Notes: generated by a model from the letters alone, not told the origin. Positions 29,319-39,036 are shown, counted from the stretch's first letter. The stretch: DNA of 64,000 bases from Bdellovibrionales bacterium (GCA_040275305.1 JBEOJY010000001.1:78858-142857); one strand, 5' to 3'. Numbers and translations: made by a program.

Positions 29319-29926
29319 GCGACGATATCGGCGTTCTGGCTTGCGTCGATGACGACGATGCGTTGCGGGTTTTCGGCGGCGAGCTTCAAGTAGGCATCGC
29401 GCAAGGTTTGATGAAAAACGACGTTCTTTTGCTGATAGCGGTCGTCGGGGCCGCGCCTTTCGGCCATGCGGGCGAGGCCGGTTTCGACCGGAAGATCAAG
29501 CAACAGGGTTAGATCGGGTTCGAAGTTTCCGGCGACGTGGCGCGTCAGGTCGTTGACTGTCTCGATCCCCATGCCGAGGCCCATGCCTTGATAGGCGCGG
29601 GAGGAATCCGTAAATCTGTCCGTGACGACCCATGCGCCGCGCTTGAGCGCTGGCCAGACGGCGCGCACGAGATGCTCACGCCGCGCGGCGGAGATCAAGA
29701 GAAGTTCGGTCAGCGGATCCCAGTGGCCTTCGCCTTTGCTTAGCCAAAGCTCGCGGATTTCTTCCGCTGAAGGGGAGCCTCCGACTTCGCGCGTTTGCAC
29801 GACATCGTGGCCGAGGCCGCGCAGGCATTCGGCGAGCAGGCGCGTTTGGGTTGATTTGCCAGCGCCTTCTCCGCCTTCCAGAGAAATAAAGACGCCGCGC
29901 GGCGGCGAGGGGGGGGAATCGATCAT
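29270..29926 (-). CDS. tmk: Thymidylate kinase
   Basis: ISLEGGEGAGKST P-loop; DRF..S motif. Confidence 0.85.
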   Translation of the reverse strand: MIDSPPSPPRGVFISLEGGEGAGKSTQTRLLAECLRGLGHDVVQTREVGGSPSAEEIRELWLSKGEGHWDPLTELLLISAARREHLVRAVWPALKRGAWVVTDRFTDSSRAYQGMGLGMGIETVNDLTRHVAGNFEPDLTLLLDLPVETGLARMAERRGPDDRYQQKNVVFHQTLRDAYLKLAAENPQRIVVIDASQNADIVAQAIRSAVATFSARLK

Positions 29927-29942
29927 CGGGGCGACTTGCCGT

Positions 29943-31112
29943 TTATGTTTTATGTAGGAGCAATTTGGCTTTGGCGGCGATGCGGTCGAGCAAGCCCACG
30001 CGCGGGACATCTTTTGCCGCCAGAAGCGGTACCTCAACGGGATCTGTGCCGGGAGCTGTGACGATCAGTTTGCCCAGTTGCTGGCCTTTCACGATTGGCG
30101 CATGGATGGGATGGATGAAGTCGACCGTCGCGGTCAAGCCTGTTCTTGCCGCGCGCGGGAGCGTGAGAGAGAGGGCTTGCTGGGCGACAAGCTCGATATT
30201 GTTCGATTGGCCAAGCCAGACGTTTGCGTTGGCGAGATGCTGTCCGGCCTCCGCGATACGGTAGAGGCCGAATTCGCGGTAGCCCCAGTCGAGTACTTGG
30301 GCCGATTCGTCCGCGCGGGCCTGCATGTCCGTCATTCCGTTGAGGACGAGGATCAGGCGGCGGCCGTTGCGCAGGGCGGAGGCTGTCAGGCCGAATCCTC
30401 CTGCTTCGGTATGGCCGGTTTTAAGGCCGTCCACGTTCATGTTGCGGTAGAGGAGCGGGTTGCGGTTGCCTTGCTTGATGTTGTTGAAGGTGAATTCAAG
30501 TTCGGAGTAGTAGTGGTAGTTTTGCGGAAAATCGCGGATTAGCGCGAGCGCGAGCCGCGCGAGGTCGCGGGCGGTCGAGTAATGCTCCGGGTCCGGCATG
30601 CCTGTGGCATTGACGAAGTGGCTGTTGGTCATGCCAAGCTGGCGCGCCTTGGCGTTCATCATTTCCGCAAAATTTCCTTCGGAACCGCCGAGCGCTTCGG
30701 CCAGAGTCACTGCGGCATCGTTGCCAGATTGCACGATCACGCCGCGCACAAGGTCCTCGACTTTGGCTTTTTGGCCGACATTCAGGAACATGCGCGAGCC
30801 TTCTTGTTTCCACGCATGTTCGCTTGCCGTCAGGGTGTCGTCGAGACGCAGCTTGCCGTCGCGCAGCGCTTCGAACACCAGATACATGGTCAAAAGCTTG
30901 CTCATCGACGAAGTCGGCATCTTGCTGTCGGCGTCTTTGGCGAACAAGGGCGTTCCGGTCGTTGCGTCGAGAAGGAAGGCTTGTTTGGCGGCTGTTTCGA
31001 CGGGCGCGACGGAAGGGGCGGTGGTGGATTCCGCATAAGCCGTTGCGCCGCCGCCGAAGGCGAGCAGTGCGATTAACAGAAGCGTGCGGGCGGGGAAAAT
31101 CGAGTGTTTCAT
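29943..31112 (-). CDS. D-alanyl-D-alanine carboxypeptidase (PBP5/6 family, S11)
   Basis: Signal peptide; SMSKL (SxxK), SGN, KTG motifs. Confidence 0.88.
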   Translation of the reverse strand: MKHSIFPARTLLLIALLAFGGGATAYAESTTAPSVAPVETAAKQAFLLDATTGTPLFAKDADSKMPTSSMSKLLTMYLVFEALRDGKLRLDDTLTASEHAWKQEGSRMFLNVGQKAKVEDLVRGVIVQSGNDAAVTLAEALGGSEGNFAEMMNAKARQLGMTNSHFVNATGMPDPEHYSTARDLARLALALIRDFPQNYHYYSELEFTFNNIKQGNRNPLLYRNMNVDGLKTGHTEAGGFGLTASALRNGRRLILVLNGMTDMQARADESAQVLDWGYREFGLYRIAEAGQHLANANVWLGQSNNIELVAQQALSLTLPRAARTGLTATVDFIHPIHAPIVKGQQLGKLIVTAPGTDPVEVPLLAAKDVPRVGLLDRIAAKAKLLLHKT

Positions 31113-31244
31113 AGCGGTGCGTTCGTTGAGGTCAATCGAAAAGGGTCAGTATTGTCGGTTTGTTTTTGTTGCCGCCAGAGATGCATCGATTACTATACTC
31201 ATCGTAGATCAAGAGTTGGTAAGTCATTGCTACAAGACAGGCGC

Positions 31245-31362
31245 GACTCCCTCGCCCCCGTGAGGGGGAGAGGGTTGGGGTGAGGGGGCGAGTCTATCGC
31301 TTGGAATCCAGACTCCACCCTCACCCCAAACCCCTCTCCCTCCCGTGGAGGGAGAGGGGCTT
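31245..31362. repeat. Interspersed palindromic repeat, family B
   Basis: Near-identical to 8556-8676. Confidence 0.6.
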
Positions 31363-31429
31363 TGCGCCGCGCTTGCCGCAATGTTTTTCCAAATCTTCAA
31401 GTGCGATGGGTATATTTCAGTCATGCAGA

Positions 31430-31666
31430 TTAAGGACGATCTCTATTTATGTAGTCACGCACGTTTAGGCCGTCAGGGTCCGGCTTTACGCGCGTCTGGA
31501 TTTCCAGAATGCGGTTTATAGCTGTTATGACTGACATATGAGGATTTATTTGCGCGTCTTGCATTGCTAGACGTTGGCACCACTCTTCGAGCGTGAATCC
31601 GTGCGCTGCGGCTTGTTCGCGTAACGCAGCGACTTGTTCATCGGGAAGGCAAAAAGTGACCTGCAT
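31430..31666 (-). CDS. Small ribbon-helix-helix-like protein (solitary antitoxin/CopG-like candidate)
   Basis: 78 aa. N-terminal beta-strand then helix (QVTFCLPDEQVAALREQAAAHGFTLEEW). No partner toxin ORF adjacent. Confidence 0.4.
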   Translation of the reverse strand: MQVTFCLPDEQVAALREQAAAHGFTLEEWCQRLAMQDAQINPHMSVITAINRILEIQTRVKPDPDGLNVRDYINRDRP

Positions 31667-31731
31667 GGATCAACCTTTATGACTGGCGTTGACTTCTTGC
31701 GTATGCGGTTATCATAGGCGACGAAGGTTGC

Positions 31732-32736
31732 CTAGTCCACGACAGTTCGCGCGTTTTCTACGCCTGTGCTGCGGACTTGGTTTAGGAGCGAGTCGGCCTG
31801 CGCGACCGAGGCGATGGGGCCTACGCGCACGCGGTGGAAGACGGTTCCGTTGACGATGATATCGGAGAGCGTGGCGGGGTGTCCCTTCTGCGCTAACTTC
31901 TGTTGGAGGCGCTTGGCGTTGTCGAGCACGGTGAAGGCTCCGGCCTGGACGAACAGGCTATTGTTCGCGGGGTTGACGGGCATTTGCACGACTTCCGCCA
32001 CGGGACGGGTTTCCAGAAGCTGTTGATGTACGGCGGGCGTCGTGCGTATGGGCTCCAGCGTTATGCTTTCGACACCTGCGGGCATGATCCCGGATCGTTC
32101 ATTGGCGGCGTAGGGCGAGGTCGCGACAAGGCCTTGCTGGGCTTCTTCCGGAGACGAGGCGGAGGCGGTGACGATTTGCCTGTCGGTTCCATAGCGGCGC
32201 ATGGCGTCGGCGATGGCTTTGCTTTCGTCGGCGAGGACTTGAACGCGCACTTTCGCGGTTCCGGCTTTTTCAAAGCCCAATAACTGGGCGGAGCGCTGGG
32301 ACATGTCGATGATGCGCGCGCCGGAGAAGGGGCCACGGTCGTTGACGCGCACGACAATGGATTTCCCGTTGTCGAGGTTGGTGACGCGGGCGAGCGACGG
32401 AAGCGGCAGGGTTTTGTGCGCGGCGGTCAGCTCGTCTTTGTTAAAGATTTCGCCGTTCGCGGTCATGCCATTGTGGAAGTCGCTGCCGTACCAAGAGGCG
32501 ATGCCGGTTTCGTTGTAGCTGAAATCCTCTTTGGGGTAGTATCGTTCGCCCTTGATCTCGTAAGGTTCGCCGACTTTGTAGTGAGGTTTGACGGTTGCGG
32601 ACTGTGGGGGGCGCGTTGAAGGCGCGTGCGAGGCACAGGCGGATAGCGCGAGGGTTAGCGCGAGCAGTGCGTAGGCAGAACCAGATTTATGCAACAGGTC
32701 GAAAAAATTAAATGAGATGCCCGCCTGCGCGGGCAT
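31732..32736 (-). CDS. rlpA: Septal ring lytic transglycosylase RlpA-family lipoprotein with C-terminal SPOR domain
   Basis: Lipobox LSAC; DPBB region GIASWYG...G..TANGE; SPOR-like C-terminus. ATG lies inside the family-D repeat; alternative TTG at 32697. Confidence 0.8.
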   Translation of the reverse strand: MPAQAGISFNFFDLLHKSGSAYALLALTLALSACASHAPSTRPPQSATVKPHYKVGEPYEIKGERYYPKEDFSYNETGIASWYGSDFHNGMTANGEIFNKDELTAAHKTLPLPSLARVTNLDNGKSIVVRVNDRGPFSGARIIDMSQRSAQLLGFEKAGTAKVRVQVLADESKAIADAMRRYGTDRQIVTASASSPEEAQQGLVATSPYAANERSGIMPAGVESITLEPIRTTPAVHQQLLETRPVAEVVQMPVNPANNSLFVQAGAFTVLDNAKRLQQKLAQKGHPATLSDIIVNGTVFHRVRVGPIASVAQADSLLNQVRSTGVENARTVVD

Positions 32737-32800
32737 GACGGGATTCCGGCGCAATATGGCGATGAATCCCGACGTCACACCCGCGAAGGCGGGTGTCCCA
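32712..32800. repeat. Interspersed palindromic repeat, family D (core gtcacacccgcgaaggcgggtg)
   Basis: Shares its core hairpin with 40791-40908 and a gcccgcctgcgcgggcatgac hairpin with family A. Confidence 0.55.
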
Positions 32801-32858
32801 TTTCTTTTCTTTTGCGCGAGTTTTGCTGAAGGGGCAAGCCTTGAAGGCGATAGGGGCA

Positions 32859-34061
32859 TCATTGTCCAATCCGATCGGCCAGCAGGCCGACGGCCGTGGC
32901 GAAGTATGTCGAGCGATTCCAGCGCATTATGGCCCGGTAATTGTCGTAGACGAGAAAGCTGCGACCGTCGGGGCCATCGGGCTGGATGAGGGAAGCGGCG
33001 ATGTTCCGGGCGGGAAGCTCGGAGTCGTCGAGGTTGCGCACGCCTAGTTCGTTCCATTCAGGAAGCGACTTGGACGAATCGAGACCCGCCTTCACATTGC
33101 TCGGAATGCTATCGGTGTCAACCTCTCTTCCCCAAGCGAGGTCACGACGCCAACCTTCGGCGGCGAGGTAGTTGGCGATCGAGGCAAAGACATCCGTCGT
33201 GTCGTTCCAGATATCGCGCGCGCCATCGCCGTTGCCGTCTACGGCGTAGCGGCGAAAGGTTGAGGGCATGAACTGGCATTGGCCTAAGGCTCCGGCCCAT
33301 GAGCCGATCAGGGAGGAGGCGGGGCGGCGCTCTTCGTCGAGGATATGCAGCGCTTCGATCAGCTCCTTGCGGAAAAAGCTGGCGCGGCGGCCCTCGTAGG
33401 CGAGGCTTATGAGCGAGTCGAGCACGTCGTAACTGCCGATGTTACGGCCAAAGGCGCTTTCGATTCCCCATAAGGCGAGAATAACGGGGGCGGGCACGCC
33501 ATAGCGTTCGGCGGCTTGCCGCAACATGGCGGCATGTTCGTTGTAGAGAAGGCGGGCTTTGGCGACGCGGTCGGCTGAGACGATGCGAGCCTGATAGGCT
33601 TCGAAGGTGATGGTTTTTTCCGGCTGTTTGCGGTCAAGTTCGACGACACGTTCGTCAAGCGTGCGGTTTTGCAGCGCGTTTCTGGCCGTGATGGGGGAGA
33701 CGCCTTGCGCAATCGCGTCTTGTTCCAGTTCGCGCAGCCATTGGTCGAAGCTTTCGTCGCCGCTCGTTGGTTGAAAGGCGTCGCGCGGGGCGAGCGTTGC
33801 AGGCGCTGGGGGCGGCGCGGCAGAGGTCGGGGGAGGAAGAATTTGCGCGGGTGGAGATTGGGGCGCGGAGGGGGGCGTAGGCGCAGGAGCTGGCGTTTCG
33901 GGCGTGGATAATGTCGCGGTAGCATTGAAGTTATTCGTCGTTTGCGGCGGCATGACGGGGTAGGGCGCGAAGGCGGGAGGTTTTTCGCCGCTGTACCAAG
34001 AATCTTGTTCAGCGGCGTGGGAGGTCGATGGCCATGCCAAAAGACTGATCAAAATTATCAA
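32859..34061 (-). CDS. Lytic murein transglycosylase (MltB-like) with C-terminal peptidoglycan-binding domain; 5' end disrupted by a MITE
   Basis: LWGIESAFGR, GALGQCQFMPSTF motifs. Signal peptide ILIILISLLAWPSTSHA lies just after repeat E. Start uncertain: TTG 34061, or ATG 34199 inside the repeat. Confidence 0.75.
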   Translation of the reverse strand: MIILISLLAWPSTSHAAEQDSWYSGEKPPAFAPYPVMPPQTTNNFNATATLSTPETPAPAPTPPSAPQSPPAQILPPPTSAAPPPAPATLAPRDAFQPTSGDESFDQWLRELEQDAIAQGVSPITARNALQNRTLDERVVELDRKQPEKTITFEAYQARIVSADRVAKARLLYNEHAAMLRQAAERYGVPAPVILALWGIESAFGRNIGSYDVLDSLISLAYEGRRASFFRKELIEALHILDEERRPASSLIGSWAGALGQCQFMPSTFRRYAVDGNGDGARDIWNDTTDVFASIANYLAAEGWRRDLAWGREVDTDSIPSNVKAGLDSSKSLPEWNELGVRNLDDSELPARNIAASLIQPDGPDGRSFLVYDNYRAIMRWNRSTYFATAVGLLADRIGQ

Positions 34062-34077
34062 TATACTTTGTATCCGA

Positions 34078-34255
34078 AAAAATCCGAAAAAAGGGAAAGG
34101 GCTGTCATTCCGCACGAAGCGTCCTGCGAAGCGGGACGCGAAGATGCGGAATCTGATGTTGTTCAGGATGTTTGTTCCGCACGACATTGGATTCCGCATA
34201 AATTTTCTTTCGTCTTGCTTCGCAATCCGAAAAGAAAATTTTGCGAAATGACGGC
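34078..34255. repeat. MITE-like palindromic element, family E
   Basis: gtcattccgcacgaagcgtcctgcgaagcgggacgcgaagatgcggaatc plus inverted partner. Inserted in the mltB 5' region. Confidence 0.6.
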
Positions 34256-34447
34256 CCTTTTTTTTGGTTTTCCCGGATACAGGGGCTACATGACTTGTCG
34301 GCAGGGACTGCGTGATTCCGTCCCCCTTGGGGGAGGGAATCAGGTTGTTCTTGTCGGCAAAATAGTTCGACACCTTCAAGACGGTTTCGGCGTTATTAGT
34401 TTTTTTGCGCCATGGATGGGTACGTTGCCTCATGATCCTCCTTGCTT

Positions 34448-35242
34448 TCATCCGGGCCATAAAGCGTTGGTGAAACCCATCGCGCGGTAGGCGACGAGGC
34501 CTATGTATTCGCGGATGGCGCGGGTGAGGATGCTAAGGTGTTCCTGAAGATTTAGATCGGGGGCCAAGATGCGGCTTGTGCCGGTCAGATACCCGGCGGG
34601 GGCTGGGAGGACGTTCCATCCGGCTTGCCTGAAGCACCCCATTGCGCGTGGCATGTGCATCGCCGAGGTGACGAGGAGCCAAATTTCCTGTGGTTGCGGT
34701 TTGACGATTTGCGCGGCCATCACGGCATTTTCGCGGGTGTTGCGCGATTGTTTTTCGATGATGAGTTTTTCCACGGGAAAACCGATATCCTTGAGCGCGT
34801 TCGTGGCGACTTCATAATCTTTCATGCCGGACCACGGTGCGAGAGAACCAGAACCGCCGCTGAAGACGAGTTTTGCGTTGGGGTATTGTCGGGCCAGTTT
34901 GGTGAAGAGGATGTAGCGACTGGTTGTGTCCATGGCTATGGGTTGGCCGCGCTGTTCGCTGATACGCGCTCTTTCGCTGCCGCCGATCAGGATGATGCCG
35001 TCGACATGTTCCGGCGTAGCCGTGGGGAAGCGGTTTTCCAGCGGCTGCGCGCTCCATTCGCCCACGGGCAGGACGGCGATGAGAAAGAAGGCTCCGGCGC
35101 TGAATGCTACCAGCATGCGGCCAGATTTAGCCCAGAAGGTCCGGCGGGCGGTCGCAAGGAAGGCTCCGGCTAGCAGGGTGAGCACAAGGAGGTTGCCGGG
35201 CGCGGCGAAGGTCCACAAGACTTTGGAGAGCAGGAATTCCAT
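34448..35242 (-). CDS. YdcF/ElyC (DUF218) family membrane protein
   Basis: N-terminal TM helices followed by the DUF218-type pattern (VLSGGSG, IVTSAMHMPRA). Confidence 0.65.
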   Translation of the reverse strand: MEFLLSKVLWTFAAPGNLLVLTLLAGAFLATARRTFWAKSGRMLVAFSAGAFFLIAVLPVGEWSAQPLENRFPTATPEHVDGIILIGGSERARISEQRGQPIAMDTTSRYILFTKLARQYPNAKLVFSGGSGSLAPWSGMKDYEVATNALKDIGFPVEKLIIEKQSRNTRENAVMAAQIVKPQPQEIWLLVTSAMHMPRAMGCFRQAGWNVLPAPAGYLTGTSRILAPDLNLQEHLSILTRAIREYIGLVAYRAMGFTNALWPG

Positions 35243-35291
35243 GGGTTCTTGTGTACCTGTCCGAGGCAGCAAAAACAAGGGAATCCCGCTT

Positions 35292-35543
35292 TTACTCCTT
35301 CATGCCGATGGCGGACATATACAGTTCCAGAAGCTCTTCGTGTTCGCGGCGCTTTTCGACTTCGATCTTACGCATGCGCACGATCTGGCGGATGACTTTG
35401 ATGTCAAAGCCGGTTCCCTTGGCTTCGGCGTAGACTTCCTTGATGTCTTCGCTGACGGCGGCTTTGTCTTCTTCAAGTTTTTCAATGCGCTTAATGATCG
35501 AACGCAGGCGGTCTGCGGAGATTCCGCTGGAATTTTCGCTCAT
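35292..35543 (-). CDS. gapR: GapR (DUF2312/UPF0335) nucleoid-associated protein
   Basis: LRSIIKRIEKLEEDKAAVSEDIKEVYAEAKGTGFDIKVIRQIVRMRKIEVEKRREHEELLELYMSAIG parallels Caulobacter GapR closely. Confidence 0.75.
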   Translation of the reverse strand: MSENSSGISADRLRSIIKRIEKLEEDKAAVSEDIKEVYAEAKGTGFDIKVIRQIVRMRKIEVEKRREHEELLELYMSAIGMKE

Positions 35544-35766
35544 GGGGTTTAGGCTCCTGATTGTTTCTGGGAGTGGGGGGCGGGGAGTTATGGTTAAGAA
35601 CGCGGTTTTGTAATGCAGACAGGGCCGCGAATCCAGTCTAAAAAACATTGCGTCAATCGCGGGTTTTCTCCAGTATCGGTTTGTGGCGCTACGGCATGCG
35701 AGTCGGTAGCGTGGAGATAGCGATGCCTGTTGCTTATTCGGAATGACCTGAGGGGGTTGGTTTGCA

Positions 35767-36102
35767 ATGCCATATGTTTTTCGTAGCGAAGGCGGTCAGA
35801 TATATCGCATTGGCGTCAAGCCTGTTCCCGGCGCTGAACCGCTTCCGCATGATCATCCGGAAGTACGTTCGTTTCTTGTCACACACGGGCAGGATCCGGC
35901 GCAGATTGACAACGCGCTGAGCGAGCTGCGGCGTACGGATAACGAGATGGCGCGCGCGGTCGAAGATGTCATCACGGTTCTTTTGCGCAAAAATATCTTG
36001 AAGCTTTCCGAGTTGCCCAAGGCGGTGCAGGAGCGCATGGCGCTTCGCGTGCGTATGCGCGTGTTGATTCAGGAAGCGTATGACCGCGCTTCGGTCGCGT
36101 AA
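35767..36102 (+). CDS. Hypothetical protein (111 aa)
   Basis: ORF with host-like codon usage between gapR and ftsE. No family recognised. Confidence 0.4.
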   Translation: MPYVFRSEGGQIYRIGVKPVPGAEPLPHDHPEVRSFLVTHGQDPAQIDNALSELRRTDNEMARAVEDVITVLLRKNILKLSELPKAVQERMALRVRMRVLIQEAYDRASVA

Positions 36103-36114
36103 GAACTTGTTGTT

Positions 36115-36789
36115 CTAAGCGACTTGCGCCAGCGGGGCTGACAGAATTCCGTCGCGCAGGCGCAGGGCGGGTTTGTTGAAGCGGTCGACAAGATGCTGTT
36201 GGTGCGTGGCGAGCATGACGGTCGTGCCCATTTTGTGCAATTCGTCAAACAGGTGGAACAGCTTGTAGGCGGTTTCGTCGTCTACGTTGCCAGTTGGTTC
36301 GTCAGCGAGCAGAAGTTTGGGGCGGTTGACAACGGCGCGCGCGATGGCGACCCGTTGTTGTTCTCCGCCGGAAAGCTCTGCCGGGAAGGCTTCCACACGG
36401 TCTTTTAACCCTACCCATTCCAGCAATTCGCGCGTATGGCGGTAGATATAGTCGTCGCTTGCGCCTGACAGGCGTAGCGGCAAGCCAGCGTTCTCGATCG
36501 CGGTCAAATGCGGGATTAATCTAAAATCCTGATAGACGACGCCGATCTGGCGGCGCAAGGCGGTTTTGTCTTTGCGCGAGGCTTGGGCCAAGTCGTGATT
36601 GAGCAAATAGATATGGCCTTGACTGGGTTTCTCCGCGCCATACACAAGCTTGAGCAGCGTTGATTTCCCTGCGCCGCTGGGGCCGGTCAGGAAGTAGAAT
36701 CCTCCGGCAGGAAGCGCGAAATCGACATCCGACAGGACCGGCCTATGGTTGCCGTAACGTAAGCTGACATGTTCGAAGCGGAGAAGCAT
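36115..36789 (-). CDS. ftsE: Cell-division ABC ATPase FtsE
   Basis: [34 protein letters not shown]. ~224 aa. No ftsX follows. Confidence 0.8.
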   Translation of the reverse strand: MLLRFEHVSLRYGNHRPVLSDVDFALPAGGFYFLTGPSGAGKSTLLKLVYGAEKPSQGHIYLLNHDLAQASRKDKTALRRQIGVVYQDFRLIPHLTAIENAGLPLRLSGASDDYIYRHTRELLEWVGLKDRVEAFPAELSGGEQQRVAIARAVVNRPKLLLADEPTGNVDDETAYKLFHLFDELHKMGTTVMLATHQQHLVDRFNKPALRLRDGILSAPLAQVA

Positions 36790-36825
36790 GGGGCGAGGAA
36801 TCTTTCACGAGGCTGTTTGCGTTCG

Positions 36826-37105
36826 AGTCTATAGTCACACTACCCTACACATTAACTCATTGCTTCAGAACAAGATTCGTTGTGACCGTCCGCGTCATTC
36901 CGGCGCAAGCCGGAATCCAGCAACGCCGCGTCTGCGGCGCGAAAGAGTCAAAAACACGCCCTTGATCGCAGGCCGTGAATTCGTTCTTTTCCTCTCGCTG
37001 CCGCTCGCAAGCTGGATTCCGGCTTGCGCCGGAATGACACTTTCGGCCAAGATTAGTTTTGTTATCAAACAATGTGTTAGCGTGTAGGGTAGTATGGTCT
37101 ATGGT
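36826..37105. mobile_element. MITE, family A (~280 bp, ~30-bp terminal inverted repeats, internal palindromes)
   Basis: ctatagtcacactaccctacacattaac ... gttagcgtgtagggtagtatggtctatgg. Internal gtcattccggcgcaagccggaatcc and its inverted copy. Confidence 0.7.
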
Positions 37106-37383
37106 TATATTTATGCGCATGGAAAGCAGGGGGATTGTGTTTCTCAAGCTTGATGCAATTCCCTCCCTGCAAGGGGGAGGGAATCAAGCTGCGCCCGCAC
37201 CATCGAGATTCCTAAATCTTCAAACGCAAGTCGTATGTTGTATCACAACAACTATAAGCTATTCCGTAAGGAGGGGCTGACGCAAGCGCTATCCTTTTTG
37301 GGTTTGGGGTGCGTGGCCCCATGCAGCCCCCTCCCCGTATCTATGATAATTCCGATTTATTTGAAATATCCCTAATTATCCTC

Positions 37384-37412
37384 TTGACGTGATGATTCCC
37401 ATGCGATAGAGT
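37384..37412 (+). promoter_or_regulatory. Sigma70-like promoter candidate (TTGACG-17-TAGAGT) ahead of a ~380-nt leader before the ZitP-like gene
   Basis: ttgacg tgatgattcccatgcga tagagt. Confidence 0.35.
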
Positions 37413-37795
37413 GATCCCACTTTCTTTTCGAATATGTAGGAAAAGGAAGTGCTGACGAAGCCGACGGACCCGCTGACTAGCTAGCATGCGGGAGAGGAGC
37501 CGAAGGGGGAGACAGCGGGTAGGCCACCCTAAGCAGGCCGGGGCAGACAGGGTACCGGACTGTGATTGGGGAGCGCGCTCCATACTTTAGACAAGGCGAG
37601 GCAGGAGATGGCGATAGCGATGTTGGAGGCGGAATGAAGACGAATTAAGTGGCTATTGGATAATTGGCAATCGGGTCGTGTTCGCTTGCCATCTTGCGCG
37701 GCTTGATTATACTTTGCGTCGCGCGGCGCGGCGTGACCCTATTTCTTCTTTTTTCCTTTCGCATTCCGCGAGGGGCGTATTGAGTTCGCATCAAC

Positions 37796-38554
37796 ATGAT
37801 TGTGGCTTGTCCTTTGTGTCAGACCAGATTTCTGGTCGCTGCTGGCCTATTTGTGGGCGGCGCGCGCCATGTGCGTTGCGGGCGGTGCCGACATGTTTGG
37901 ATGGCGGAACTTGAGCAGGCGGGGCAAGAGGAAGGGGCAGGCGGCATTAAAGCGATGAGCGCGCAGCGAGGGGCTGTGGGCGATACGCCGCTTGGCGCGT
38001 CGCCGCTCGTTAGCCAGCCGTTGCCTCTGGATGTTTCCGCCGTTTTGGCGTCTGTCGCAGGCGCTATGCCGATGAACGCTTCGATGCTGCGCAGGACATT
38101 GCCGCTTTGGGCGCGGCTTACGGTCGTTGCCGCGCTTGCCTTGCTGTTCGTCGTGGGCACGCTTTGGGGGATCGTGGGGCGCCACGAAATCGCCTTGCGG
38201 TGGCCTCATATGACGGAGGTGTACGACAAGGTTGGGCTTGACAGCCATCAGCCGGGGGACGGCATTGATTTCCGCGAGGTGAAGTCGGAACTGGTTTACG
38301 ACGGGGGGATTTTGCGGCTGACGGTTGAGGGAAATCTGGTCAACGCAACCGAAAAAGAGCAGATAGTTCCCCATATTTTGGCGGTGGCTGTTGGTTCGGA
38401 CGGCAGCACGATACAAAGCTGGCGTATCGACGCTCCGGCGGCTACATTGGCGCCGCTTGCGACGGCGTCTTTCCGTTCGGCAATCAATGCGCCGCGCGAG
38501 GGCGTTGCGCATGTCAATTTAAATTTTGTCGGACGCAAGAATGTCGCAGATTGA
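37796..38554 (+). CDS. MJ0042-type zinc-ribbon plus DUF3426 membrane protein (ZitP-like)
   Basis: N-terminal CPLC...CGRC zinc ribbon, one TM helix, C-terminal DUF3426-like domain. Confidence 0.6.
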   Translation: MIVACPLCQTRFLVAAGLFVGGARHVRCGRCRHVWMAELEQAGQEEGAGGIKAMSAQRGAVGDTPLGASPLVSQPLPLDVSAVLASVAGAMPMNASMLRRTLPLWARLTVVAALALLFVVGTLWGIVGRHEIALRWPHMTEVYDKVGLDSHQPGDGIDFREVKSELVYDGGILRLTVEGNLVNATEKEQIVPHILAVAVGSDGSTIQSWRIDAPAATLAPLATASFRSAINAPREGVAHVNLNFVGRKNVAD

Positions 38555-38954
38555 ATTTGATGCTGGTCTGGAACATGCTCCGCGCGTTATCGTGGCGGAG
38601 GATAATCCGGCTGTGCGAGAATTTATCGTTCGCTCCCTCATGGGGGACGGGTGCGTCGTGGTGTCGGTTGCGGACGGCCAGCAGGCGTTGGAGGCTATGG
38701 CGCGCGAGGTTTTCGACGTGCTGGTTACCGACATCGTGATGCCGCATGTCGACGGAATCGAGTTGGCGCTTAAGGCCTTGCGGCAGTATCCGGATCTACG
38801 GATTGTCATGATTTCCGGTTATGCGCAGGAGCGGATGCGCGCGCATAATCTTGACGCGCTGGTACATCGCATCATCGCCAAACCGTTTTCGCTTGAGGAA
38901 ATTTGTGGCGCGGTTCGGGATGCGTTGTCGCTGCCGCCGGGTTCGCGATCTTAA
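38526..38954 (+). CDS. cpdR: Single-domain response regulator, CpdR-like
   Basis: RVIVAEDNPAVREF...VLVTDIVMPHVDGIELA...DLRIVMISGY closely parallels Caulobacter CpdR. Confidence 0.55.
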   Translation: MSDARMSQIEFDAGLEHAPRVIVAEDNPAVREFIVRSLMGDGCVVVSVADGQQALEAMAREVFDVLVTDIVMPHVDGIELALKALRQYPDLRIVMISGYAQERMRAHNLDALVHRIIAKPFSLEEICGAVRDALSLPPGSRS

Positions 38955-39036
38955 GCAAGATTTGCCCTTGAAATGGCACAGTCTTTTGCGCATATACCCA
39001 TGTTTTGAGTTTATTCCGATCAAGGAGGGCATTCTT

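Noticed and set aside
37430-37620. Possible SRP RNA / RNase P RNA / glycine riboswitch in the leader upstream of the ZitP-like gene
   Set aside because: Partial resemblances only (CAGGCCGG, GGGAGAGG...CCGAAGGGGG). The conserved cores (GGAAGGAAGCAGC of SRP; CR-I/CR-V of RNase P; glycine-riboswitch spacing) are absent. Kept only as an unexplained structured leader.
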